From an uncultured Armatimonadia bacterium (GTDB taxonomy: Bacteria > Armatimonadota > Zipacnadia > CAVVLO01): a DNA stretch of 24,000 nt. Positions 15,465 to 23,247 of this stretch are shown here, piece by piece. The notes below the pieces were generated by a model that did not search any database, had not been told where the DNA came from, and saw only the letters and a list, made by a program, of their open reading frames with translations. The stretch is from NCBI GenBank assembly GCA_963749155.1, contig CAVVLO010000005.1:69622-93621 (forward strand), in the 5' to 3' direction. The translations under genes and the position numbers were made by a program. The stretch's first letter is position 1, and each line of letters opens with the position of its first letter.

Positions 15465-18400
15465 ATGATACGAGTGCTGCTCCTGCTGTGCTGCTTCCTG
15501 CTGGCAATTGCCTCTCCTCTGCTGGCTGCCGACCAGTTGCTTTGGGACTGGGATCACGGCGGCGCCGACTGGTGGACTTATGAGGGCAATGCCTGGGGCA
15601 AGATGACTATGGCGCGCGCCGGCAATGACACTCCCGCCCATCTCGAATCCCTGGTTGGCGGCGAGCAGGCCACTGGATCGATTACCAGCCCGCCCTTCCG
15701 AGTCGAGGGAGACCTGCTGGAGCTTTACGCTAACGGCTGGGATGCCAAGAGTGGTTCTGCGGGCCTCAGTTATTTCCGGGTAATCGACGCCGAGAGTGGC
15801 GAAGAACTCGCCCGAGCCAAACCTCCCGGGCAAGATGGTTTTCTGCGTATCCAGCTTGCGCTTTTTGGTCTTCAGGGCCGGATGGTGCAATTCCAGGCGG
15901 TCGACGGGTGCACTGACGGGATGTTCGCCTGGCTCGGTATCGCGCGTATAAGGCAGCTTACCCTCGATGTCCCAGCGGCCCAAAGCACCTTGAAAGCTTT
16001 TGTTCCAGAGCGCGTTTCTGGGCTGACCGGCACCTGGCAGATTCTCACCCACGATGGGGGAGCTAGAACCACTCCGCCTTACCTCTCCTCCCTTGGACTT
16101 GGCGAACCCGGTACCGGAGTTATAGATTCGCCTGCCTGGACCCTCAAGGGAGGCCAGATAAAGCTGGTCATCCGAGGCTGGGCTGGCCGCGAGGGTGACC
16201 GCGACAAGACTTATTTCGAACTCCTCGATTTTGAAACTGGCGATCGTCTGCGTCATACAAAACCACCTTTGACCGATTCGCCAACTCCCGTTGTCTGGGA
16301 CGCGTCAGATTTGGCAGGGCGCAAGGTTGTCCTGAGATGCGTAGATTCTGATGGCGATATGAGTTTCGCCTGGCTCGGACTCGACAGTATCAAAGTCGAA
16401 GATCAGCCCGAGATTACCTTCACTGATGGCTTGCTACTGCGGGACTGGCATGATCCGGATGCTCTTGGCTATGTGCTTGCGCCCGGTTGCTCCTTCAAGT
16501 CAATGGGTTCGCTGGTGCCAGTAGACGGTCAGATAGAAATCCCAATCGGCGTTCAGGGCCGCCGGCTTTGGCTCTGTGGCCTCTACAATTCGGTAGACCA
16601 GGGCGCGCCTGTCTGGGCCTATCCCTGGCCCAACGACAATCGCTTCTGGCTGGGCGATGCATTAGGTTCCATCGAGCTGGTTTATGCCGATGGCAAAAGA
16701 GACCTGGTGCCACTGATGCTCGGGTTTACGGCCTGGTGGGGAAGGCTGCCGGCCGCAGGCTTTACGGAGCCTTTTGATTCCTCACCCGAGGCGCGCGCTG
16801 TTAAAGCCGCCGCGCTTAAAGTGACCGAGACCGGCTCCGGCGCGCCGAGTTGGTTCTATTGCAGCCTGCTCTTGCGCGACAAACCCCTTGAGAAACTCGT
16901 CCTAAAAGATTCACGAGCCAAGACTGGCTCGGTCGTCCTGAGTGCTTTGACTTTCGAGACAGATGAAGAAAGCCCCGAGCTTGAAGCTGTACCTTATTAC
17001 CATGCGCCAGCAAAGGTAATTGAAAACCTGACCATCAATCCGGCAACGCTCGACTTGGAGCAGGTGAGGCAAAAGGTCCAGGCTCTCGCCGAGGTGCTCT
17101 ACACCACCCCTGCTGATATCAAAGCAGCCCCCAAGCCTGTTGTGCCTGCCGGCTGGAAAGGCCCTGTAGTCAGTTTTTCAGGCAATGAATATGCGCGCCT
17201 GCTGACCAGTGAGTATTACGGCAACGTGAGCGATATGCTGGCCAAATGTGACGCCGATGGCACCTGGCACACCAGCACCAAAGACGCCACTTCCTGGGGC
17301 AGTTATGAGGGCTTTGGCACCTGGCGAGATGGCTACAACTCATATTATGTCCACGCCTGGTCGCGCGATTTTGGACGCAGCCTGCACGAGCTTGTAGAGC
17401 TGGGCTATGTTGATGTCGCGAACGCCTGCATCGATTGGTCTAACGAGTGGCTGATGTGGTATCCGCGCCAATTCCCAGAGTTGCAGATTGATGGTAAACC
17501 TGCTCCCGCCCACTGGTCGCGCGTTATCAACCTGCCCCAGGTTGAGGGTGAATATGGCAATGCCGAGAACGATGGCCACGGGCTGATGATGCTCTTCCAC
17601 TACAAGACCTGGCTCCATTCGGGTGCCCGCCCCGAGTGGGTTATCGAGCGTTGGGAATACATCGAAGCCGCCGCCGAATACATTCTTTGGCAGATGGAGA
17701 ATCCTGAACTGTCAGGTTATACCGGTAATGCGCTGCTGACAAATAGCGAATCCTCCGGAGGCATCGCGCCCTCTCTCTATCCGGACAACCTCTGTGCCGA
17801 GGGGCTTTCTGCTTATGCCAGGATGGCCCGAATGGCTGGACGCATAACTACCTCCAGGCGGTGGGAAGAAGCTGCCGCTAAATTGCGCGCTGGCAGTGAG
17901 GCCGAGTTCATCAAAAACGAAGAGGACCAACTGGTCTGGCGCAGTCCCAACACTGCCTGGGCCTATGGCCACTCTGATCTGGGGCCGCTCATCTGCCTGC
18001 CTGACCGCCAGGGCTTTGTGCCCGAGCTGGCAGACCCTGACTGGTATGAATGCAACCTGGCTACTTACGAGCGTCAGATTGGCCGTTGCTGGCCCGAGCC
18101 TTTCGTTTCCTCAGTCTGCATGGGATATGGGCAGGGCTTCATCACCCAGGCCGCGTTGCTTTCTGACAATCCTTCAGATGCAACTACTGCAGTGCGCAGG
18201 ATGGCCGAGTTCATCTACTATCCTGATCATCAGCCTTACATTACTCCCGAGGGATGCGAGACCCTGCCCGATCTAAGCGCCTGGCATCGCACTGGGGACT
18301 TGGGCAACGGGGTTCAAGAAGCCGAATGTCTGAAGGCTATCCGCCTCGTGCTGGGCGTGGACGATAATGAGCCTCGACTGACCCAGTTCATACCCCGACT

Positions 18401-19034
18401 AACTAACGACCTGACTGGCTATTCCATCAAGAAATACCCGGTGGTCACCTGGCGAGACCGGGCGGTTGAGGAAGTGCGTCTCGATGTCAGCTACAACCGC
18501 CGTGGTTCTGGTTTTCGCTTCCAGCTGGAGGCTGAAGACCCCCTGAGCGAAGTGCTGGTCCGAGTTGGGCCTTTCTCCAGGTCTGTCTCCCAGGTTGAAG
18601 TTAAGTTCGTTGGCCAGAAAGCTTATACAGAGCCTTGCTATCAGTATGGGGGAGCCAACTGGGCCTGGGTAGATTGTGGTCGCGACCTAATCGAAGCAGA
18701 CTTTACTGCCAAGCCAACGAAGTCTGGCAGTTATATCTACAGGCAGTATTATGATAATGACTACCCCACCTACCATCGCCCCTGGATTATATGGCCACCT
18801 AGACCTCACCCACCAGGGGGTGGTCATCCCGGTGGTGGCGGTCATCCAGGTGGAGGTGGTCCAGGCGGAGGCGGTCCAGGCGGAGGAGGTCCGGGCGGTA
18901 ATGACTCTGATGATGATGACCATAATGAGCCAGGGGGATCACCCCCAGGCAACCATAACGGACCTGGGCCAGGCACCGTTGTTGAACCGCCCCCTCCAGG
19001 GCCGGATTCAGAACCAGGTCATAATGGTCCCTAG
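15465..19034 (+). CDS. Large secreted multidomain protein: signal peptide, two tandem beta-sandwich (LamG/concanavalin-like) modules, an unassigned region, a six-hairpin (alpha/alpha)6 glycosidase-like domain, a beta-sandwich and a Gly/Pro/His-rich tail
   Basis: RBS GGAGG lies at 15453-15457 and the signal peptide is MIRVLLLLCCFLLAIASPLLA. There is an internal duplication (aa ~25-165 vs ~185-312, both ending ..FAWLG..). GH15-like motifs are YYVHAWSRDFGRSLHELVELGY and NAENDGHGLMMLFHY. Domain assignments are by eye. Confidence 0.85.
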   Translation: MIRVLLLLCCFLLAIASPLLAADQLLWDWDHGGADWWTYEGNAWGKMTMARAGNDTPAHLESLVGGEQATGSITSPPFRVEGDLLELYANGWDAKSGSAGLSYFRVIDAESGEELARAKPPGQDGFLRIQLALFGLQGRMVQFQAVDGCTDGMFAWLGIARIRQLTLDVPAAQSTLKAFVPERVSGLTGTWQILTHDGGARTTPPYLSSLGLGEPGTGVIDSPAWTLKGGQIKLVIRGWAGREGDRDKTYFELLDFETGDRLRHTKPPLTDSPTPVVWDASDLAGRKVVLRCVDSDGDMSFAWLGLDSIKVEDQPEITFTDGLLLRDWHDPDALGYVLAPGCSFKSMGSLVPVDGQIEIPIGVQGRRLWLCGLYNSVDQGAPVWAYPWPNDNRFWLGDALGSIELVYADGKRDLVPLMLGFTAWWGRLPAAGFTEPFDSSPEARAVKAAALKVTETGSGAPSWFYCSLLLRDKPLEKLVLKDSRAKTGSVVLSALTFETDEESPELEAVPYYHAPAKVIENLTINPATLDLEQVRQKVQALAEVLYTTPADIKAAPKPVVPAGWKGPVVSFSGNEYARLLTSEYYGNVSDMLAKCDADGTWHTSTKDATSWGSYEGFGTWRDGYNSYYVHAWSRDFGRSLHELVELGYVDVANACIDWSNEWLMWYPRQFPELQIDGKPAPAHWSRVINLPQVEGEYGNAENDGHGLMMLFHYKTWLHSGARPEWVIERWEYIEAAAEYILWQMENPELSGYTGNALLTNSESSGGIAPSLYPDNLCAEGLSAYARMARMAGRITTSRRWEEAAAKLRAGSEAEFIKNEEDQLVWRSPNTAWAYGHSDLGPLICLPDRQGFVPELADPDWYECNLATYERQIGRCWPEPFVSSVCMGYGQGFITQAALLSDNPSDATTAVRRMAEFIYYPDHQPYITPEGCETLPDLSAWHRTGDLGNGVQEAECLKAIRLVLGVDDNEPRLTQFIPRLTNDLTGYSIKKYPVVTWRDRAVEEVRLDVSYNRRGSGFRFQLEAEDPLSEVLVRVGPFSRSVSQVEVKFVGQKAYTEPCYQYGGANWAWVDCGRDLIEADFTAKPTKSGSYIYRQYYDNDYPTYHRPWIIWPPRPHPPGGGHPGGGGHPGGGGPGGGGPGGGGPGGNDSDDDDHNEPGGSPPGNHNGPGPGTVVEPPPPGPDSEPGHNGP
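18822..18899 (+). repeat. In-frame tandem repeat: two 18-nt units, then ~2.8 15-nt units, encoding (G)nHP/(G)4P
   Basis: The units are GGTCATCCCGGTGGTGGC / GGTCATCCAGGTGGAGGT, then GGTCCAGGCGGAGGC / GGTCCAGGCGGAGGA / GGTCCGGGCGGT. They encode GHPGGGGHPGGGGPGGGGPGGGGPGG. Confidence 0.85.
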
Positions 19035-19059
19035 CAACAGCACAATTTGAACCAGACAG

Positions 19060-19094
19060 AAAAGGCGGGAGCCCTGGGGCTCCCGCCTTTTGTT
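19060..19094. terminator. Bidirectional intrinsic terminator between convergent genes
   Basis: The stem GGCGGGAGC(C)/(G)GCTCCCGCC (19064-19087) is flanked by AGAAAA on the left and TTTTGTT on the right. It can therefore serve both the + strand 1189-aa gene and the - strand dehydrogenase gene. Confidence 0.75.
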
Positions 19095-19115
19095 ATTGAT
19101 ATGTCGCTGAACAGG

Positions 19116-20186
19116 TCAGCCGTTGGTAACTTCCTCGGCTACCCAGTCGCCTACCTGGCTGGTCGTCCAGCCACTGCCGGCCTGCATGGAGGGCATCTTG
19201 CCACTCTCCAGCACCCTCACAACGGCGTCCTCGATGGCCTTGGCAGCCTCGGTCGAGCCGAGTTCGTTGAGCATCATCGCGCCGGCCAGGATGGTGGCCA
19301 GTGGGTTGATCTTGTTGAGGCCTGTGTATTTCGGCGCCGAGCCGTGAATAGGCTCGAACATCGAAACGCCGCCCTTGTCCGGGTTGATGTTGCCGCCCGC
19401 GGCGACTCCAAGTCCGCCCTGGGTCATTGCGGCAAGGTCGGTTATGATATCGCCAAAAAGGTTGGTCGTTACGATAACATCGAACCACTCGGGGTTCTTG
19501 ACCATCCACATGCAGCAGGCGTCTACGAAGGCATAATCCGTTTTGATATCGGGATATTCTGTAGCCACCTCGGCAAAGGTGCGCCGCCACAGTCCGTGAC
19601 CATGGGTCAGCACATTGGCTTTGTCGACCAGAGTTACTTTGTTGTCCTTGTTGCGCCTGCGCGCCAGCTCGAAAGCGTAGCGAATGCAGCGCTCGGTGCC
19701 CTTGCGGGTGTAAATCATAAGCTGGGTTGCGACTTCATCGGGCGTGCCGGCCTTGAGCGAACCACCGATACCAGCATAGGCGTCTTCGGTGTTTTCGCGG
19801 ACGACCACATAGTCGATGTCTTCGGGCCCCTTGTCCTTCAGCGGGCAGTCAATATGGGGATACAGCTTCACGGGACGCAGGTTGATGTACTGGTCCAGGG
19901 CGAAGCGCAGCGCCAGCAGCAGCTGCTTCTCCAGCACGCCGGTTGGCACATCGGGATGCCCGACCGCGCCAAGATAGATAGCGTCGAACTGCTTGAGTTC
20001 TTCGACGCCGCCCTCGGGGATTATTACCCCAGTTGCGAGGTAGCGGTCCCCGCCCCAGTCATAGTTCTCATACTGCAGTTTCAGGTCAAACTTGGAGGCG
20101 GTCGCGTCCAGCACCTTGACACCCTCGCGGATGATCTCTGGGCCGATGCCGTCGCCAGGAAGCAATGCAATCTTGTATTCAGCCAT
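19116..20186 (-). CDS. Isopropylmalate/tartrate dehydrogenase family enzyme (TtuC / D-malate dehydrogenase-like)
   Basis: Motifs are [51 protein letters not shown] and [12 protein letters not shown]. The pattern looks closer to the TtuC/DmlA type than to classical LeuB, but substrate cannot be assigned from sequence alone. Confidence 0.85.
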   Translation of the reverse strand: MAEYKIALLPGDGIGPEIIREGVKVLDATASKFDLKLQYENYDWGGDRYLATGVIIPEGGVEELKQFDAIYLGAVGHPDVPTGVLEKQLLLALRFALDQYINLRPVKLYPHIDCPLKDKGPEDIDYVVVRENTEDAYAGIGGSLKAGTPDEVATQLMIYTRKGTERCIRYAFELARRRNKDNKVTLVDKANVLTHGHGLWRRTFAEVATEYPDIKTDYAFVDACCMWMVKNPEWFDVIVTTNLFGDIITDLAAMTQGGLGVAAGGNINPDKGGVSMFEPIHGSAPKYTGLNKINPLATILAGAMMLNELGSTEAAKAIEDAVVRVLESGKMPSMQAGSGWTTSQVGDWVAEEVTNG

Positions 20187-20222
20187 AAGAAGCCCCTTTC
20201 TGGATATATGTGTTGCACCTGC

Positions 20223-20251
20223 TTATAACATATGCCGGGGGTCTTTCGCAA
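20223..20251 (-). promoter_or_regulatory. Sigma70-like promoter for the dehydrogenase gene (TTGCGA - 17 nt - TTATAA on the minus strand)
   Basis: The -35 element is the reverse complement of 20246-20251, and the -10 element lies at 20223-20228 with an exact 17-nt spacer. SD GAAAGGGG lies 6 nt before ATG 20186. This is a motif match only. Confidence 0.4.
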
Positions 20252-20339
20252 GCGCAGCAGCGCCCTTCACGACTTGCCTTCAGCTCGGCTGTTACCCTCT
20301 GGGCGGGTCTGCTATACTTCTCCGGGGAGGGATGCTCTA

Positions 20340-21350
20340 GTGGTTATCGTGATGCAAACAGGCGCTTCGCAAGACCAGATTACCAAGGTCATCAGCGAGG
20401 TCGAAGAACTGGGTTTCCAGCCTCATCCGATTTTTGGTGTTGAGAAAACCGTAATCGCTGTAATCGGACAGCGCACCCGGGAGAAGATGGAGATCCTCCA
20501 GATGCTCCCTGGCGTTGAGTCCGTGATGCCCATATTGAAGCCTTACAAGCTTACTTCCCTTGAAGTCAGAGAGAAGAGCCAGATAAAGATTGGCTCGGTG
20601 AGTGTCGGCGGTCATCAACTCGCCATAATCGCAGGGCCCTGCGCCATCGAAAGCCGCGAGATGCTGATGGAGACTGCCCAGTTCCTGAAAGAGGCTGGAG
20701 CCAACTTGCTTAGAGGAGGCGCCTTCAAGCCCCGCACTTCGCCCTATGCCTTCCAGGGTCTCAAACAGGAAGGCCTGCGTTATCTGGCTGAGGCGCGCGA
20801 ACTGACCGGCTTGCCCACTGTTACCGAGATCACCGACCCCAGGCATGTTGAGATAGTTGGTCAGTATGCAGATGCCTTCCAGATAGGCGCTCGCAATATG
20901 CAGAACTTCGTTCTGCTCTCCGAGGTGGGCAAGACCAAACTCCCCGTGCTGCTGAAGCGGGGGATGGCCTCCTCCATCGAAGATCTCCTTATGGCAGCTG
21001 AGTACATTATCTCGGCGGGCAATCCCAATGTGGTACTTTGCGAGCGTGGCATCCGTACCTTCGAGACCGCGACGCGCAATACCCTGGACCTTTCGGCTGT
21101 GCCGGTTATCCAGCGTCTGAGTCACCTGCCTGTCATCGTCGACCCCTCTCATTCGACAGGCGATGCCCATCTGGTGACCTCGATGACCCTGGCGGCAATC
21201 GCAGCAGGCGCTGATGGTGTACTTGTCGAAGTTCATCCCAATCCGATAGAAGCGACCAGTGACCGCAGCCAACAGCTTGATTTCGAGGCCTTCGCCACCT
21301 TGATCCATAAAGCCAGACGCGTTGCTGACGCTGTAGACAGATCAATCTAG
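20340..21350 (+). CDS. aroF: 3-deoxy-7-phosphoheptulonate (DAHP) synthase, type I-beta, with an N-terminal ferredoxin-like regulatory domain
   Basis: I prefer GTG 20340 (GGGGAGGG 8 nt upstream), which gives VVIVMQTG.., like the Thermotoga-type enzyme. Motifs are [38 protein letters not shown] and VDPSH. The track start 20232 adds an implausible extension. Confidence 0.9.
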   Translation: MVIVMQTGASQDQITKVISEVEELGFQPHPIFGVEKTVIAVIGQRTREKMEILQMLPGVESVMPILKPYKLTSLEVREKSQIKIGSVSVGGHQLAIIAGPCAIESREMLMETAQFLKEAGANLLRGGAFKPRTSPYAFQGLKQEGLRYLAEARELTGLPTVTEITDPRHVEIVGQYADAFQIGARNMQNFVLLSEVGKTKLPVLLKRGMASSIEDLLMAAEYIISAGNPNVVLCERGIRTFETATRNTLDLSAVPVIQRLSHLPVIVDPSHSTGDAHLVTSMTLAAIAAGADGVLVEVHPNPIEATSDRSQQLDFEAFATLIHKARRVADAVDRSI

Positions 21351-21369
21351 CCTTCAAGAGGGAGCCGGT

Positions 21370-22651
21370 ATGTCGCGCTGGACCTGGCTTTTGATTCTGG
21401 TATTGCTCCTGTATGCTTTCACCTTTCCCAGGTGGTTGGTGAAGGCTACCGATATGGCTCATATCCAGCTGACCTATGTTATGTGGGGCGACACCAGCGA
21501 GCTCGAGATGAACAAAAGATGGATCGCCGATTTTGAGGACCTGCATCCCGAAAGTAAAATAAATATGGTTGCCACCGATGGCAGTGGCACCGATGTCTAA
21601 GATAATGACGATGGTCTCGGGTGGCACCGCGCCCGATGTGATGTATGTCTGGCCAGATATCTTCCCCAAGTTCGTCTCAGAGGGCCTCTATATGCCTCTG
21701 GATGATTACCTTGAGAAGCACAATCTTGGACGCGAACGCTGGTTTGCCGAATTGCTTGAGCCTTACACTCACGAAGGCAAGCTCTACGGGTTGCCTCGCA
21801 GTTGGCACCCCTATCTGCTCTACTACAACCAGGACCTTTTTGATTCAGTAGGTGTCACCAACCCTGAGGCCGACTGGACCTGGGATGATGTTATCCGGGT
21901 GGGGAAGGAGCTTACTCGCGACACTGATGGCGATGGCCGCACCGACCAGTATGCAATCGCCGGAGTGCCCTGGGAGACTTTCGTCTGGGGTTGCGGGGGA
22001 GAGATCTTCGACAAAGAGGGTAATTGCCTGCTGGACACGCCCGAGGCTATCGATGGGCTGACCCTGTATTATGACCTTATCTATACCCACCACATAATGC
22101 CCACGCCCCAGGAATTGAAAGAAAGCAAGGATGCCCAGTCGCTCTTTATGACGGGTAAAGTGGCGATGTTCGCCCTCGGCATCTGGTGCGTGCCCGACTT
22201 CAGGGGCATCCGCAACTTCGACTGGGACATCCAGGTAATGCCTGCCGGCCCAAAGCTGCAGGTTACCCCACTGGTTACCGCTGGCTGGGCAACCTATGCG
22301 AAGACGCCCCATCCTGAGGAAGCTCTGGCCTTTACGACTTATCTTGCCGGTCCCGAGGCTCAAAGCTACCAGATGCGAATCTGGCGCGATCCCTCGGGTC
22401 TCAAAGACGTCTTCAACAAACTGCTCTTCTTCGAACCCGAGAAGGCGCCTCTTAACCGGCAGGCGCTGCTGGACTCTATTCCCATGGGCAGGTTCCGCAA
22501 TGTTTTTATGGGGATGGATGAGGTACAGCGCACGCTCAATGAAGAGCTGGATGTCATCTTCAACGGGTATGTAAAGCGTGACGAGATCCCCGCCACGGTC
22601 GAGAAAATCGTTCGCGCAACAAATGCGGTCCAGTCTCAGGTGGCTGATTAA
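21370..22651 (+). pseudogene. ABC transporter extracellular solute-binding protein (sugar-type, family 1), split by a one-nucleotide frameshift
   Basis: ORF 21370-21600 supplies the N-terminal membrane anchor and first strand (..IQLTYVMWGD..FEDLHPESKINMVAT). ORF 21569-22651 continues with ..SKIMTMVSGGTAPDVMYVW.. and the rest of an SBP fold. The frame change lies near 21560-21600. Confidence 0.8.
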
Positions 22652-23206
22652 CGCGCCTTGGGGAAGTTGGCTTTGAGCTGCTCGCGCAGGCTGCTGGCCT
22701 GGGCGATGTAGGATTCGGCATAGCCGACAAAAGCGTCGGGCTCTTCCGGACTGATAACCCAGTTCTTGTCGCCCTGCAGCAAGACCAGCTTGCCCAGGTT
22801 GGTCGCCGACAGCCAACACGCGCCGATGCCCTTTATCCTGAAGCCACCGAAATGCCCATACAGAGCCCGAGGCGCCTGTCGTCTTGGTGACGTTCCACAT
22901 CGTGATGCCTTCTGGCCTGCGAGCTGTCTCTACCATCGCCCAGGGGATGAACACGACTCGCGCGCCCGTCCGGCGGACCGAGAGCCCGTCCGGCATCACT
23001 ACGTAAGCCACCGGGCGAAAGAGCCTCACAACTACCAAGGTCAGTGCCAATATGCTGGTCGCTGGGAGCAAGCCGTAGAAGATCTCGAGCTGCTGGAGCT
23101 GCCAGCAAACCAGAGCCGCGACAGCCATCCCAACCACCAGGAGCGTGAAGATCGCGGTAGTCCATCTGGTAACTTTATCTACCTCAGCCGGACGAAACTC
23201 CATCAT
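22648..23206 (-). pseudogene. Small membrane protein with two TM helices and a bacterial PH (bPH)-like domain, apparently frameshifted
   Basis: SD GGGGAGG precedes ATGATG (23206/23203). The N-terminal ~115 aa are the start of the 453-aa track ORF. After nt ~22855-22880 a different frame reads ALYGHFGGFRIKGIGACWLSATNLGKLVLLQGDKNWVISPEEPDAFVGYAESYIAQASSLREQLKANFPKAR and stops at 22648-22650. The track frame becomes Arg-rich antisense of the SBP gene. The total of 559 nt is not a multiple of 3. Confidence 0.55.
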
Positions 23207-23234
23207 GGGCCTCCCCTTTGAGCTCCAACCCCTT

Positions 23235-23240
23235 TATAAT
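23235..23240 (+). promoter_or_regulatory. Perfect TATAAT hexamer 7 nt upstream of the GTG start of the last gene (possible -10 element of a leaderless transcript)
   Basis: The consensus hexamer sits in a 41-nt divergent spacer with no SD before GTG 23248. I found no convincing -35 element. Confidence 0.3.
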
Positions 23241-23247
23241 AACACTC

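Noticed and set aside
15432-16256. A 274-aa minus-strand ORF at the start of the 1189-aa gene. Similar aligned antisense ORFs occur at 7485-8207, 9098-9766 and 10836-11423.
   Set aside because: All are in codon register with well-supported sense genes (the large secreted protein, GT4/Gfo, cinA, recA). None has an RBS or a motif.
18822-18899. Short tandem repeats here, and the PE-coding repeat at 5511-5560, considered as possible CRISPR arrays or non-coding minisatellites.
   Set aside because: The units are 15-18 nt (or 6 nt), contiguous with no spacers, and in frame within long ORFs, where they encode Gly/Pro/His or Pro/Glu low-complexity peptide.
19047-20228. A 393-aa + strand ORF covering the whole dehydrogenase gene in antisense.
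   Set aside because: Its codons are exactly in register with the sense codons on the minus strand. It therefore stays open simply because the sense gene avoids TTA, CTA and TCA codons. The translation is Gly/Ala/Val/His-rich with no motif, whereas the minus-strand product is an unmistakable isopropylmalate/tartrate dehydrogenase family protein.
20310-20318. An extended -10-like motif TGCTATACT upstream of aroF.
   Set aside because: A transcript starting ~7 nt downstream would begin inside the SD (20324-20331), and no acceptable -35 element is present. I did not call it as a promoter.
20337-21308. A 323-aa minus-strand ORF antisense to the DAHP synthase gene.
   Set aside because: This is the same codon-register artefact. 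I read the sense codons, and no TTA, CTA or TCA occurs until a TCA two codons before the stop (nt 21342-21344). The product has no recognisable features.
21845-22647. The distal ~270 aa of the 453-aa minus-strand ORF.
   Set aside because: It runs antisense, in codon register, to the SBP gene and is Arg-rich nonsense. The real minus-strand gene leaves this frame near 22855-22880 and stops at 22648.
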